From the IMG/VR virus record IMGVR_UViG_3300013426_000032: a DNA stretch of 20,000 nucleotides, one strand, 5' to 3'. Of this stretch, positions 1-7,957 are shown in pieces. Origin of the DNA: an uncultured virus (IMG/VR IMGVR_UViG_3300013426_000032) (Duplodnaviria; Heunggongvirae; Uroviricota; Caudoviricetes). How positions within the stretch are numbered: position 1 is the stretch's first letter; the number at the start of each line of letters is the position of its first letter. The notes beneath the pieces were generated by a model. It had not been told where the DNA came from. It ran no database searches and saw only the letters and a list, made by a program, of their open reading frames with translations. The position numbers and the translations under genes are program-made.

Positions 1-1
1 G

Positions 2-538
2 GTTGCTATTACTTATATGGAATATGTTAGAGATAAATTACCATATATAGCAGATTATATAGATTCATTAGAAAAAGATGAATGTGGTGTTATAATAGAA
101 CATATATTGGGTAAATTAAATGAATTAATACCATCATTAACATATTTATCAACTTTAAATGGTGTTAATAATAATATCGTTGATTGTATAATAGAACTTA
201 TAAAATTTTTTAAATCATATACTGTAGATTTAAGAAATCTTAATGTTGTATATATATTCGATGATCCTTATTGGAATAGAATAAGAACTGTAGAAAATGT
301 TGATTTACATGTAAAAATACAACCTAGAGAAAAACCATTAGAATATAATGATATTAATTTTATTAGTTCGAATTATAATATTAATGAAAAAGTAAATTTA
401 TCATATGTAAATGCAATAGATATTGGTGATAATGGTACAATGGATAGAATGTTAATGAGATATAGTATGATTAATAATAAAATTTATAATGATGATAAAA
501 TCAATCTTAGAGACAAATTACAAATTATTTATGACTAA
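2..538 (+). CDS. C-terminal part of a large virion structural (baseplate-like) protein, 5'-truncated by the window edge
   Basis: Frame is open from base 2 to TAA at 536-538 and ATG17 has no RBS. The IELIKFFKSYTVDL segment resembles large baseplate proteins of AR9-like jumbo phages (from recall). Adjacent to other structural genes. Confidence 0.55.
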   Translation, partial: VAITYMEYVRDKLPYIADYIDSLEKDECGVIIEHILGKLNELIPSLTYLSTLNGVNNNIVDCIIELIKFFKSYTVDLRNLNVVYIFDDPYWNRIRTVENVDLHVKIQPREKPLEYNDINFISSNYNINEKVNLSYVNAIDIGDNGTMDRMLMRYSMINNKIYNDDKINLRDKLQIIYD

Positions 539-549
539 ACATTATAATA
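538..549 (+). promoter_or_regulatory. Late-type promoter AACA-N6-TA
   Basis: AACA-ttataa-TA(AG) upstream of the 577-2929 operon; matches the AR9 late consensus. Confidence 0.7.
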
Positions 550-576
550 AGATTAGTTTTTTTTGGAGGTAATGAA

Positions 577-903
577 ATGAAAGATGATAAAATGAAATTA
601 ACAATATTAGGGAAATTAGAAGAAGGAGAAGCTGTTGCTACTGTAAAAATAGACAATGTTATTTATATATGCAAAACAGATATTCAAACAACTTCTAGTT
701 TTAAAGGAATACAACCTGAAATTAAAATGTATGATGAGTATAGAAATGATTATAAAGACAGAGCTGTTTTAAAAACAGGGTTCGTTGAACCAGACGATAC
801 TTCTATAGATGATGTTGACAAACAAATAGATTTCATCAGAGAAAATTTACCAAAAATAGAAATAAAAGGAGTTGATGTAAATGACCAAGATATTAAAAGA
901 TAA
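577..903 (+). CDS. Hypothetical protein (108 aa)
   Basis: GGAGG RBS at 566-570; overlaps the next gene by 23 nt. Confidence 0.75.
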   Translation: MKDDKMKLTILGKLEEGEAVATVKIDNVIYICKTDIQTTSSFKGIQPEIKMYDEYRNDYKDRAVLKTGFVEPDDTSIDDVDKQIDFIRENLPKIEIKGVDVNDQDIKR

Positions 904-1714
904 TGTCAATAATAATGATAAAATCAGACCTATGAGAATAGAATCTAAACAAGGTAATTTAAAAACAAAAATAATAGGTTTAGATTCTTTAACTAAAGAA
1001 GTTTTGTTTGAAACAGAAAACCAAATAGTTTTAGGAGGAGCATTATTTATATTAGAAAAAGTATTTAATGTTAATTCTCCTATAACTGTAGAATATTTAA
1101 ATAATATAATGGGTATAGCAGCAGAAAACCCTATTGAAGAAAAATATCCTAAGAACACATCAGTATGCTTATTTGGTGTAGGCATAGGTGGGTGTGGTGA
1201 TTCTTCACTATCCGTAGTTGATGTTAATTTCTATGAAAGAGAAATATTTGATATGGTTCCTTTTAGAGTTACAGACGATGAATTAAATGAAGAAGATAAA
1301 GAAAAATATTGGTTTAAACGTAAAGAAAACGATGGAAGAACTTCATATTTCTTAAAAAAATTTGAACAAGATCCAACTATAAAAGTTTTATGGAAAGATG
1401 GAGATGAAGACGAAGATGGTTCTGAAGTTAGTAGTGGTGTTCATGATACTGCTCGTACTGAACCAATAGAAACATTTGCAGAAATGATATTAAAGATAAC
1501 TAAAAGAGATGTCAGAGAATATTTCGAAATAAATGGTGATATTGAAACAGCCAGAATAAATTCAATAGGATTATTTACTGGAATAAAACAAACTTTATCT
1601 GATGGTACAGAAGATTATAAACAAGTAAAATTATTTTCTAAATTAAACATACCTAATGAAATGCTTGTTAACAATAAAGATATGACTATTATATATAGAA
1701 TTTATACTTCATAG
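881..1714 (+). CDS. Putative baseplate/tail-fibre attachment structural protein
   Basis: AAGGAG RBS. Pattern N-x-IV-x-GG ... FGVGIGG ... I-x-S-I-GLF ... LFSK ... K-x3-IIYRIY is typical of baseplate/tail-collar proteins. Confidence 0.6.
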   Translation: MTKILKDNVNNNDKIRPMRIESKQGNLKTKIIGLDSLTKEVLFETENQIVLGGALFILEKVFNVNSPITVEYLNNIMGIAAENPIEEKYPKNTSVCLFGVGIGGCGDSSLSVVDVNFYEREIFDMVPFRVTDDELNEEDKEKYWFKRKENDGRTSYFLKKFEQDPTIKVLWKDGDEDEDGSEVSSGVHDTARTEPIETFAEMILKITKRDVREYFEINGDIETARINSIGLFTGIKQTLSDGTEDYKQVKLFSKLNIPNEMLVNNKDMTIIYRIYTS

Positions 1715-1726
1715 GAGGTGTAAATA

Positions 1727-2929
1727 GTGACTAGAAGAATAAGTGAAGCAGAAAAAAAGGAGTTATTACAAATAACTCCTGACCAAATAACATATACATT
1801 ATTAATGGATTTATTTGGTAAAAATTTAGTAGATGGTAAAGTAAAACCTGCTAGATTTTTACCTCAAGATGTATTTAAATTAAACAAAGGGGAATATATA
1901 AATAAAGATACAATAGATACTACTGTAGGAAGTTTTATATTTAATAAGTTTATAATAGAACCCAGATTTTCTACATTAATAGGTTATGATAATGATGTTA
2001 TTAATGGGAAAAATCTAGAGAATTTAGAAGCTAGATTAGCAGAATTGCTTAGAGATGATAAAATAGAACCAGCAGATTTTGCTGATTATTTGATGAGAAT
2101 ACAGTGGTTGGGTAATAAATTAAATGAACCAATAGCATCTTCATTTACTATGAAAGGAATGAAACCAGTTCCTAAAGTAATAAAAGAAAGAGATAAATTA
2201 ATAAAAGAAAATAAAAAGGCACTTGAAAAAGGTGATATAATCACGATGTCAGAAATAGAATCTAAATTAACTAAAATGGCTGAAGATGAAATAGGAGATG
2301 ATCCTTCTATGGATTTATACTATTCAGGAGCTAAAGGTTCTATAAGTAATAACTATAAACAGTTATCTATAATGAAAGGACCTATTATGAATCTAGCATC
2401 TGGTAAATATGAATTTGTAACTAAAAATTTCTATGAGGGAATATCTAAAGATGAAATATCTCCTACAGGTTCTAATGTTGTAAATGGTGCTTTCCCAAAA
2501 ACATGTGAAGTTAAGGATACAGGATATAAAGCTAAACAAATGAACTCAGCTTTACAATCTATTGTATTACGAGAAGATGTTCAAGATTGTGGTTCTAAAG
2601 GATATGTTGAAATATTATTAACTCCGACTGTAGCTAAAAAATGTAATGATCGATATATTATAGATGGTAATAAAACAGTTTTACTTACAAGTGAAAATAT
2701 GAATAAATATATAGGTAAAAAAGTTAAATTGAGATCTATTTTATATTGTGGTTGTGATTATGGTGTATGTTTAACATGTGCAGGATTGAGTTTTAAAAAA
2801 ATAGGAATAAATGTTGTTGGATTAACAGGTAGTGCTTTAACAGGTAGTCTTGTTAATATTAAAATGAAATCTTTTCATGATACATCAGTAAAGACAAATA
2901 TTATCGATCTGGATGATATAACTTTCTAG
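1727..2929 (+). CDS. rpoC: Phage multisubunit RNA polymerase beta' fragment (F-loop, bridge helix, Zn site, start of trigger loop); likely virion RNAP
   Basis: GTG start after GGAGG. SGAKGS..YKQL..MKG (region F); VKDTGYKAKQM (bridge helix, cf. TADSGYLTRRL); DCGS...LRSILYC...GVCLTCAG (Zn site); KMKSFH (trigger loop, cf. TMRTFH). Confidence 0.92.
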   Translation: MTRRISEAEKKELLQITPDQITYTLLMDLFGKNLVDGKVKPARFLPQDVFKLNKGEYINKDTIDTTVGSFIFNKFIIEPRFSTLIGYDNDVINGKNLENLEARLAELLRDDKIEPADFADYLMRIQWLGNKLNEPIASSFTMKGMKPVPKVIKERDKLIKENKKALEKGDIITMSEIESKLTKMAEDEIGDDPSMDLYYSGAKGSISNNYKQLSIMKGPIMNLASGKYEFVTKNFYEGISKDEISPTGSNVVNGAFPKTCEVKDTGYKAKQMNSALQSIVLREDVQDCGSKGYVEILLTPTVAKKCNDRYIIDGNKTVLLTSENMNKYIGKKVKLRSILYCGCDYGVCLTCAGLSFKKIGINVVGLTGSALTGSLVNIKMKSFHDTSVKTNIIDLDDITF

Positions 2930-2938
2930 TATTATAAT

Positions 2939-2950
2939 AACAAATTAATA
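2939..2950 (+). promoter_or_regulatory. Late-type promoter AACA-N6-TA
   Basis: AACA-aattaa-TA directly followed by the AGGAGG RBS. Confidence 0.65.
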
Positions 2951-2965
2951 AGGAGGATGAATAAA

Positions 2966-3289
2966 ATGGAAGAAAATAAAATTTACGATTATTCATTTGA
3001 TGCTCATGAATTAGCTGAAGCTTGGAAACAAGAAAATCCTAATTCAGATATGAGCCGAAATGAAGTAATTAGAGAATGTATAACTTTATTGTTAAAATAT
3101 ACTGTATTTGCAGATATAAATACAACACTTAAAGATTATGATGAAATACAAGTAAATATAACACAAAAAGGTTATAATAAATATGGTGAATTAACAAATA
3201 TACCATTATTAACAGAAAAATATGATTTAGTAGAAATGAGAAAGATTGTTGACATAGAACATGTTAATTTAATAGATTTCTTATTATAA
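2966..3289 (+). CDS. Hypothetical protein
   Basis: ORF 2957-3289; AGGAGG at 2951-2956 is properly spaced for ATG2966, not ATG2957. Confidence 0.75.
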   Translation: MEENKIYDYSFDAHELAEAWKQENPNSDMSRNEVIRECITLLLKYTVFADINTTLKDYDEIQVNITQKGYNKYGELTNIPLLTEKYDLVEMRKIVDIEHVNLIDFLL

Positions 3290-3294
3290 AATAT

Positions 3295-3324
3295 TAACCC
3301 CATCAAATATATTTGATGGGGTTA
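3295..3324. repeat. Perfect 30-bp palindrome (terminator-like hairpin without a U-tract)
   Basis: TAACCCCATCAAATA|TATTTGATGGGGTTA immediately after the stop codon at 3289. Confidence 0.85.
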
Positions 3325-3341
3325 CTGTAATCTACGATGAT

Positions 3342-3366
3342 AATAATTATATATTATATAAATGAG
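3342..3366 (+). promoter_or_regulatory. Early-type promoter box (TATATTAT core), degenerate copy
   Basis: AATA-attatatattatataaa-TGAG aligns with the other six boxes. Confidence 0.6.
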
Positions 3367-3376
3367 GTGATAGAGT

Positions 3377-3760
3377 ATGATTTTAATAAATAAAAAATAT
3401 AGATTCAATAATATTTTTGAATCTAGAAAAAATAATCCTGTTATGCATGAAGTTGCTAAAATGGATAAAACGTATTATAAAAATATAATGGAAAAATGTG
3501 ATAATAAAATACCATTAACATTAAAAGAATTTGTTGATATTTGTAAATGTTATGATGTTCCATATAATATTATTATAGTAAAAAACCACACTTATTTTAA
3601 AAGAGTATCTAATAATACAGAAAATATAATAAAAAAAATAAATGATATATTAAATGATTTTCTAGAATTAGATATAGGTAAAATAGATGTTGAAGAATTT
3701 GAATTTGAAGAAATATATAATGTTTCTAAAAATCATAATGTTAAGATAAAAATTAAATAA
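3377..3760 (+). CDS. Hypothetical protein (early)
   Basis: GAGGTGA RBS; 127-aa ORF. Confidence 0.75.
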   Translation: MILINKKYRFNNIFESRKNNPVMHEVAKMDKTYYKNIMEKCDNKIPLTLKEFVDICKCYDVPYNIIIVKNHTYFKRVSNNTENIIKKINDILNDFLELDIGKIDVEEFEFEEIYNVSKNHNVKIKIK

Positions 3761-3762
3761 AG

Positions 3763-3803
3763 TGTAAAACATAGACATTTTAATTCTATATTATCACTAT
3801 GTG
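3763..3803 (+). promoter_or_regulatory. Early-type promoter upstream of the RNAP beta' N-terminal gene
   Basis: TGTAAAACA-N6-TTTTA-attcTATATTATcacta-TG, same spacing as the copies at 6315, 17826 and 18650. Confidence 0.6.
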
Positions 3804-3861
3804 ATAATATAGATTGGTGTGTATAATGTGTGGTGTGTTTTTATTATAAAAGGAGGTTAAT

Positions 3862-5319
3862 ATGATAATAAAAGATAATGAGTCCAAAATAGGTGCATAT
3901 CATCTTACCATTTTAGATATGGATAAACAAGCTGAACTTGATTTGAGAACAGGTAAAGGCTTCGTTGTAACAGAACCGATAAAAGATAAAAAAAGTACTG
4001 ATAATACTTATAATAAATGGGGCATTAGATCTGATTTCTTTTATAGTGAGATGCATACTGATAATGCATTCAAAGAAAGATATAGTTGTGAATGTGGATA
4101 TTTGATGGGAAAATCATATGAATCTGCAGTGTGTCCGTATTGTAGAAAACCAGTAAAATTAGTAGATATTGATTTAAGTAAATTTGGGTATATAGTATTA
4201 AAAAATCATAGAATAATACACCCCCAAATTTATATGTTCCTTGACAATATGTTTGGAAAGAAAAACAAAGCAAGTGTATTAAATAATATATTGAAAATTC
4301 CTAAACATATTGATACAGATGAAGAAGGTAATCCTGTTAAAGGATATGAAGATGAAGAACAATACAAAGACCAACCATATGCTAAGATCGGCATGTTGGA
4401 ATTTCAACGAAGATTTGATGAAATATTTGAATATTATGTTGAAAAGAATAAAAGAAATAAAAAAATGGCAGGTAATGCAGAGTTTATTAGACAAAATAGA
4501 GATAAGATTTTTATAAGATATATTCCAGTATTTAGTTCGGCATTAAGATTTTCTGTGATACAAGATGAGATAAACTTTGTTCATGGTGCAGATAAAATAT
4601 ATAATATTTTATTCAGCACAGTGTCAAGTCTAAATAAAGCTAACGATAATATACAAATGACTATAAATAAAAAATTAGCATATATTCAGAAACAAATGCA
4701 GAATCTATATGAGAAAATGTTCTCATTAATAAATAAAAAAGATGGTTTTATCAAATCAGGAGTCATTGCAGGTAAGATGAATTTCACAGGACGACATGTA
4801 ATAATACCAAATCCAAATTTAGCAGCTGATGAAATTATTGTACCTTATATGTCGTTTTTAGAAGAATATAAGTTTGAGATAATACGAATGTTGGCTAAAA
4901 CTCAAAATATAAGTGAATCACAGGCTTATAATGAATGGTATTATGGGTGCATAAAATTTAGCAATAAAATTTATGAAATAATGAAACGTATAATTGATGA
5001 AGGAGCATATTATGGAATTAATAGACCACCAACTATTGATTATGGTTCAGTATTGTTACAAAGAATTGTCGATGTAACTCATGAAATAGACGATTTGACT
5101 ATGTCGATTTCATTTATGATATTACCAGGATTAAATGCCGATTATGATGGTGATAATTTAACTACAATGAAATTATCATCTAAAGAACAAATCGAAGAAT
5201 GGAAAAGATTTAATCCTAAAAAATATATGATGATTTCACATGATGACGGTTTGCTTAATTTTAATATGTTGCCTATTAAAGATTTAGCAATAGGTATAAG
5301 TGAGTTCAATAAAATATAA
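3862..5319 (+). CDS. rpoC: Phage multisubunit RNA polymerase beta' N-terminal/catalytic fragment; likely non-virion RNAP
   Basis: AGGAGG RBS. Zn ribbon CECG..CPYC; GKMNFTGRHVI (cf. GKRVDYSGRSVI); INRPPTI (cf. LNRAPTL); catalytic NADYDGD. Confidence 0.95.
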   Translation: MIIKDNESKIGAYHLTILDMDKQAELDLRTGKGFVVTEPIKDKKSTDNTYNKWGIRSDFFYSEMHTDNAFKERYSCECGYLMGKSYESAVCPYCRKPVKLVDIDLSKFGYIVLKNHRIIHPQIYMFLDNMFGKKNKASVLNNILKIPKHIDTDEEGNPVKGYEDEEQYKDQPYAKIGMLEFQRRFDEIFEYYVEKNKRNKKMAGNAEFIRQNRDKIFIRYIPVFSSALRFSVIQDEINFVHGADKIYNILFSTVSSLNKANDNIQMTINKKLAYIQKQMQNLYEKMFSLINKKDGFIKSGVIAGKMNFTGRHVIIPNPNLAADEIIVPYMSFLEEYKFEIIRMLAKTQNISESQAYNEWYYGCIKFSNKIYEIMKRIIDEGAYYGINRPPTIDYGSVLLQRIVDVTHEIDDLTMSISFMILPGLNADYDGDNLTTMKLSSKEQIEEWKRFNPKKYMMISHDDGLLNFNMLPIKDLAIGISEFNKI

Positions 5320-5355
5320 ATATATGGGAGCTATAATAGCTCCCATATATTTTTT
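5318..5355 (+). terminator. Intrinsic terminator
   Basis: 17-bp inverted repeat AAATATATGGGAGCTAT/ATAGCTCCCATATATTT followed by a T-run. Confidence 0.85.
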
Positions 5356-5359
5356 ATAT

Positions 5360-5371
5360 AACAAAAATATA
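5360..5371 (+). promoter_or_regulatory. Late-type promoter AACA-N6-TA
   Basis: AACA-aaaata-TA between the terminator and the AGGAG RBS of the Nudix gene. Confidence 0.65.
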
Positions 5372-5386
5372 AAAGGAGATGGTTAT

Positions 5387-5878
5387 ATGAATAATTTTTT
5401 TAAGATTAGAGATAGTATAGTACATGAAGTATTATGTGAATCTAATATGATAAATAAAAAATTAAATAAAGATGATTTAAAAGATCATGATGCTGTTGGA
5501 GTTGTTATATTAATAAATAACAAGGTACTTATGTTAGATCATATAAAATTTAATATGTTAACAATACCTGTAGGAAAAGGAGACGATGGTGAATCTCCAG
5601 AAGATGCTATGATAAGAGAAACTCAAGAAGAAATAGGAATTAGATTACGAAATTTAAAACAAATAGTTCATTTTAAAAATCAAGAGGTTAGAAATGGAAT
5701 AACAGTGCATATGAATAGCTACGTTTATTTATGTGAAAATTTTACTGGAATTCCATATAATAAAGAACCAAATAAGCATAGAAATTTATTCTGGATGGAT
5801 TTTGATGAATTTTTACATTTAGATACTATATCATTTATGACTAATGCTGCCATAGATTATTTTAAAAACAATATGTAA
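5387..5878 (+). CDS. Nudix hydrolase
   Basis: Nudix box GKGDDGESPEDAMIRETQEEIG. Start moved to ATG5387 because AGGAG lies at 5374-5378 and the upstream extension runs through a terminator. Confidence 0.9.
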   Translation: MNNFFKIRDSIVHEVLCESNMINKKLNKDDLKDHDAVGVVILINNKVLMLDHIKFNMLTIPVGKGDDGESPEDAMIRETQEEIGIRLRNLKQIVHFKNQEVRNGITVHMNSYVYLCENFTGIPYNKEPNKHRNLFWMDFDEFLHLDTISFMTNAAIDYFKNNM

Positions 5879-5940
5879 TTCATGAGTTTTCATTACTATA
5901 TTATAATATTGAATAAGGTATAAAATAGTTTATATCTTAT
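5874..5940 (+). promoter_or_regulatory. Early-type promoter plus 5' leader hairpin (copy 1)
   Basis: TTCA-N17-TGAA at 5889-5913 with a TATATTAT core; hairpin 5913-5940; near-duplicate of 17456-17522. Confidence 0.7.
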
Positions 5941-5967
5941 ATATTTATAAAATATGGAGGTGCTCTT

Positions 5968-6279
5968 ATGAGTATAGAAAAGAATTATAGTGAATATTGG
6001 AATGAAATAAGTGGAGGATATTTCGATAGAAAAACTCCAGATAATGAAATAATAATGGCGTATTTAAATACTGAATCAGAAAATTTATTACAAGAGCTAT
6101 ATTGTAGATCAATAGTTAATTGGTCAAATAGTACCAAAGAATGGTTAGATAAAATTAAACCATTAGAATGCACAAACTGTAATTATGATTGTAATGATTG
6201 TGGATTAAAAGATATGTATGTTAGAGATCCTAAAACTAATTCATTGATTCATAAATCATTATTCTTAAAAAATAAATAG
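5968..6279 (+). CDS. Hypothetical protein with C-terminal Cys cluster (CxxCxxxCxxC)
   Basis: GGAGG RBS; ECTNCNYDCNDCG. Confidence 0.75.
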   Translation: MSIEKNYSEYWNEISGGYFDRKTPDNEIIMAYLNTESENLLQELYCRSIVNWSNSTKEWLDKIKPLECTNCNYDCNDCGLKDMYVRDPKTNSLIHKSLFLKNK

Positions 6280-6302
6280 GGTTATTCCCTATTTATTTTT
6301 TT
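6267..6302 (+). terminator. Intrinsic terminator (possibly bidirectional)
   Basis: AAAAAATAAATAGGG-ttatt-CCCTATTTATTTTTT. Confidence 0.8.
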
Positions 6303-6303
6303 A

Positions 6304-6355
6304 TATGTTCCTAGTGAAAAACACGAATATTTCAATTATATATCATAGTAGTGAA
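6304..6355 (+). promoter_or_regulatory. Early-type promoter (TATGTTCCT + TGAAAAACA + TTCA-N17-TGAA)
   Basis: Same architecture as the copies at 17780-17869 and 18639-18690. Confidence 0.7.
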
Positions 6356-6380
6356 TATAATAAACAGGAGGTAATTTTTT

Positions 6381-6986
6381 ATGAAAACAGAAATAATAGA
6401 GATGATAAGAGATATCTTACCTGAATATGATAAAGTTAACGAAGGTGGTCATGGTAGAGAACATATTATTGATGTCATTACTAAATCTTATCACATGGCT
6501 ATTGAATTTGGAGAAAATCCTGAAGTTTGTTGTACTGCTGCATTATTGCATGATATAGGATTATTGAATTATTCAAGAAAAATACACCATATAGGTTCAG
6601 CAATATATGTAACAGAACATATTGATATGTTATCTAGATATTTCAATGAAGAAGAAATATACAAAATATTCAGTGCAGTATTAGAACATCGATCAGGATT
6701 TAATGAAGAATATACTTCATTGGTATCAAAGATAGTTTCTGATGCCGATAGAAGTACGAATATATATCTAATGATATCTAGATCATATCAATATAATAAA
6801 AACAAAGGATTTAATGAAGAAAAAATATATAGAGAAGTATATTCACATTTAAAAGAAAAATATTATGATAGAAAATATACTTTCATATCTCGCTCATTAC
6901 AAGAAGAGTTAGATAATGCAAGAACAATATTGGAAAATAAGACATTATTTGATGAATATTATAAAAAAATAACATCTTCTCTATAA
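6381..6986 (+). CDS. HD-domain metal-dependent phosphohydrolase
   Basis: GHGREHI ... AALLHDIG ... HH ... EH ... DADR motif series; AGGAGG RBS. Confidence 0.9.
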   Translation: MKTEIIEMIRDILPEYDKVNEGGHGREHIIDVITKSYHMAIEFGENPEVCCTAALLHDIGLLNYSRKIHHIGSAIYVTEHIDMLSRYFNEEEIYKIFSAVLEHRSGFNEEYTSLVSKIVSDADRSTNIYLMISRSYQYNKNKGFNEEKIYREVYSHLKEKYYDRKYTFISRSLQEELDNARTILENKTLFDEYYKKITSSL

Positions 6987-6990
6987 ATGA

Positions 6991-7034
6991 ATAAAAAAAT
7001 AAAAGGAACTCTGAAGTTCCTTTTATTTTTTTAT
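6991..7034. terminator. Bidirectional intrinsic terminator
   Basis: 20-bp perfect arms ATAAAAAAATAAAAGGAACT-ctga-AGTTCCTTTTATTTTTTTAT. Confidence 0.85.
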
Positions 7035-7043
7035 ATAAATATT

Positions 7044-7055
7044 AACAAATAACTA
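7044..7055 (+). promoter_or_regulatory. Late-type promoter AACA-N6-TA
   Basis: AACA-aataac-TA. Confidence 0.6.
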
Positions 7056-7079
7056 AATAGATTAATAGGAGGTATTTAT

Positions 7080-7871
7080 ATGAATAAAAATCAATTCGAT
7101 GAGATACTTATAAATGCTTTATATATGTTGGGAGGTACAAATGATACTCCATTTAAAGATATAAAGTTTTTTGAAGAAGAAAAGAATATAGATGATGGTA
7201 TATATTATAAAACAATGCAATGTTTAGAAGGCTTAGATGATGATGAATTCGATGAAGATTATGATTATAGTAGTATAGATATAAATGAAATAGCAGAAGA
7301 TATTACATCAAAAATAAATGTTGATCAAATAGTTGATGATGTAATGGATCGTTTATCTAAAAAAGATTCTTCAGAATTAATATTTCCTGGGGATGCCCCA
7401 ATAATTATATTGGATCCTGAAATATATAAAGATTTAGATGTAAATAGATTTGATTTAACTTTAAATAACTTTAAAAAGATAGATGATGATGATTTAAAAA
7501 AAATAGCAAATATTGAGGAAAAAATTAAAAAAATTAATATAGAAATGTTAAATAAAGTTAAAATGGGTATAAAATCAAAAGATGTATATGATATATTGCA
7601 TAAACGAAAAAATAGTTTAATTGAGGATTTATATAATAATATATGTGATAAAAAAACAGATGAAATTGAAAATATAATGACAGATTTTTGTAATTATGTT
7701 ATTAATAGTCAATATTGTAAAGATAAGTCTTCAGTTATAACTATGGTGGGTTCTACTGTAGTATGTGTTAGAAATTTTATGATAAATGAAGTTGATAATT
7801 TATTTAAACCTATACTTATTAAAGCAGGAAAAGATAGCGATGTTATAATGACATTAGTAAACTTATTATAA
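7080..7871 (+). CDS. Hypothetical acidic protein
   Basis: AGGAGG RBS; Asp/Glu-rich N-terminal half; no recognisable motif. Confidence 0.8.
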   Translation: MNKNQFDEILINALYMLGGTNDTPFKDIKFFEEEKNIDDGIYYKTMQCLEGLDDDEFDEDYDYSSIDINEIAEDITSKINVDQIVDDVMDRLSKKDSSELIFPGDAPIIILDPEIYKDLDVNRFDLTLNNFKKIDDDDLKKIANIEEKIKKINIEMLNKVKMGIKSKDVYDILHKRKNSLIEDLYNNICDKKTDEIENIMTDFCNYVINSQYCKDKSSVITMVGSTVVCVRNFMINEVDNLFKPILIKAGKDSDVIMTLVNLL

Positions 7872-7910
7872 TAAACAAAGTAGGATTTTCCTACTTTGTT
7901 TATTTTTTTT
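7870..7910 (+). terminator. Intrinsic terminator
   Basis: AATAAACAAAGTAGGA-ttt-TCCTACTTTGTTTATT plus T-run. Confidence 0.85.
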
Positions 7911-7917
7911 ATTAAAA

Positions 7918-7929
7918 AACAAGACTATA
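7918..7929 (+). promoter_or_regulatory. Late-type promoter AACA-N6-TA
   Basis: AACA-agacta-TA(AG) at the head of the structural operon starting at 7958. Confidence 0.7.
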
Positions 7930-7957
7930 AGATAAAATTTAATAAGGAGGAAATAAT

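Noticed and set aside
1727..5319. Introns or inteins in the RNAP genes (common in AR9-like phages)
   Set aside because: Conserved motifs are contiguous within single ORFs; no homing endonuclease or intein motifs seen.
1727..5319. Bacterial chromosomal rpoC or an rpoC pseudogene
   Set aside because: Fragments are highly diverged, in reversed order, intact with their own RBSs, and embedded among phage structural genes with no rpoB or ribosomal protein context.
5300..5386. N-terminal extension of the Nudix ORF in the ORF track
   Set aside because: Runs through a terminator and promoter; the RBS supports ATG5387.
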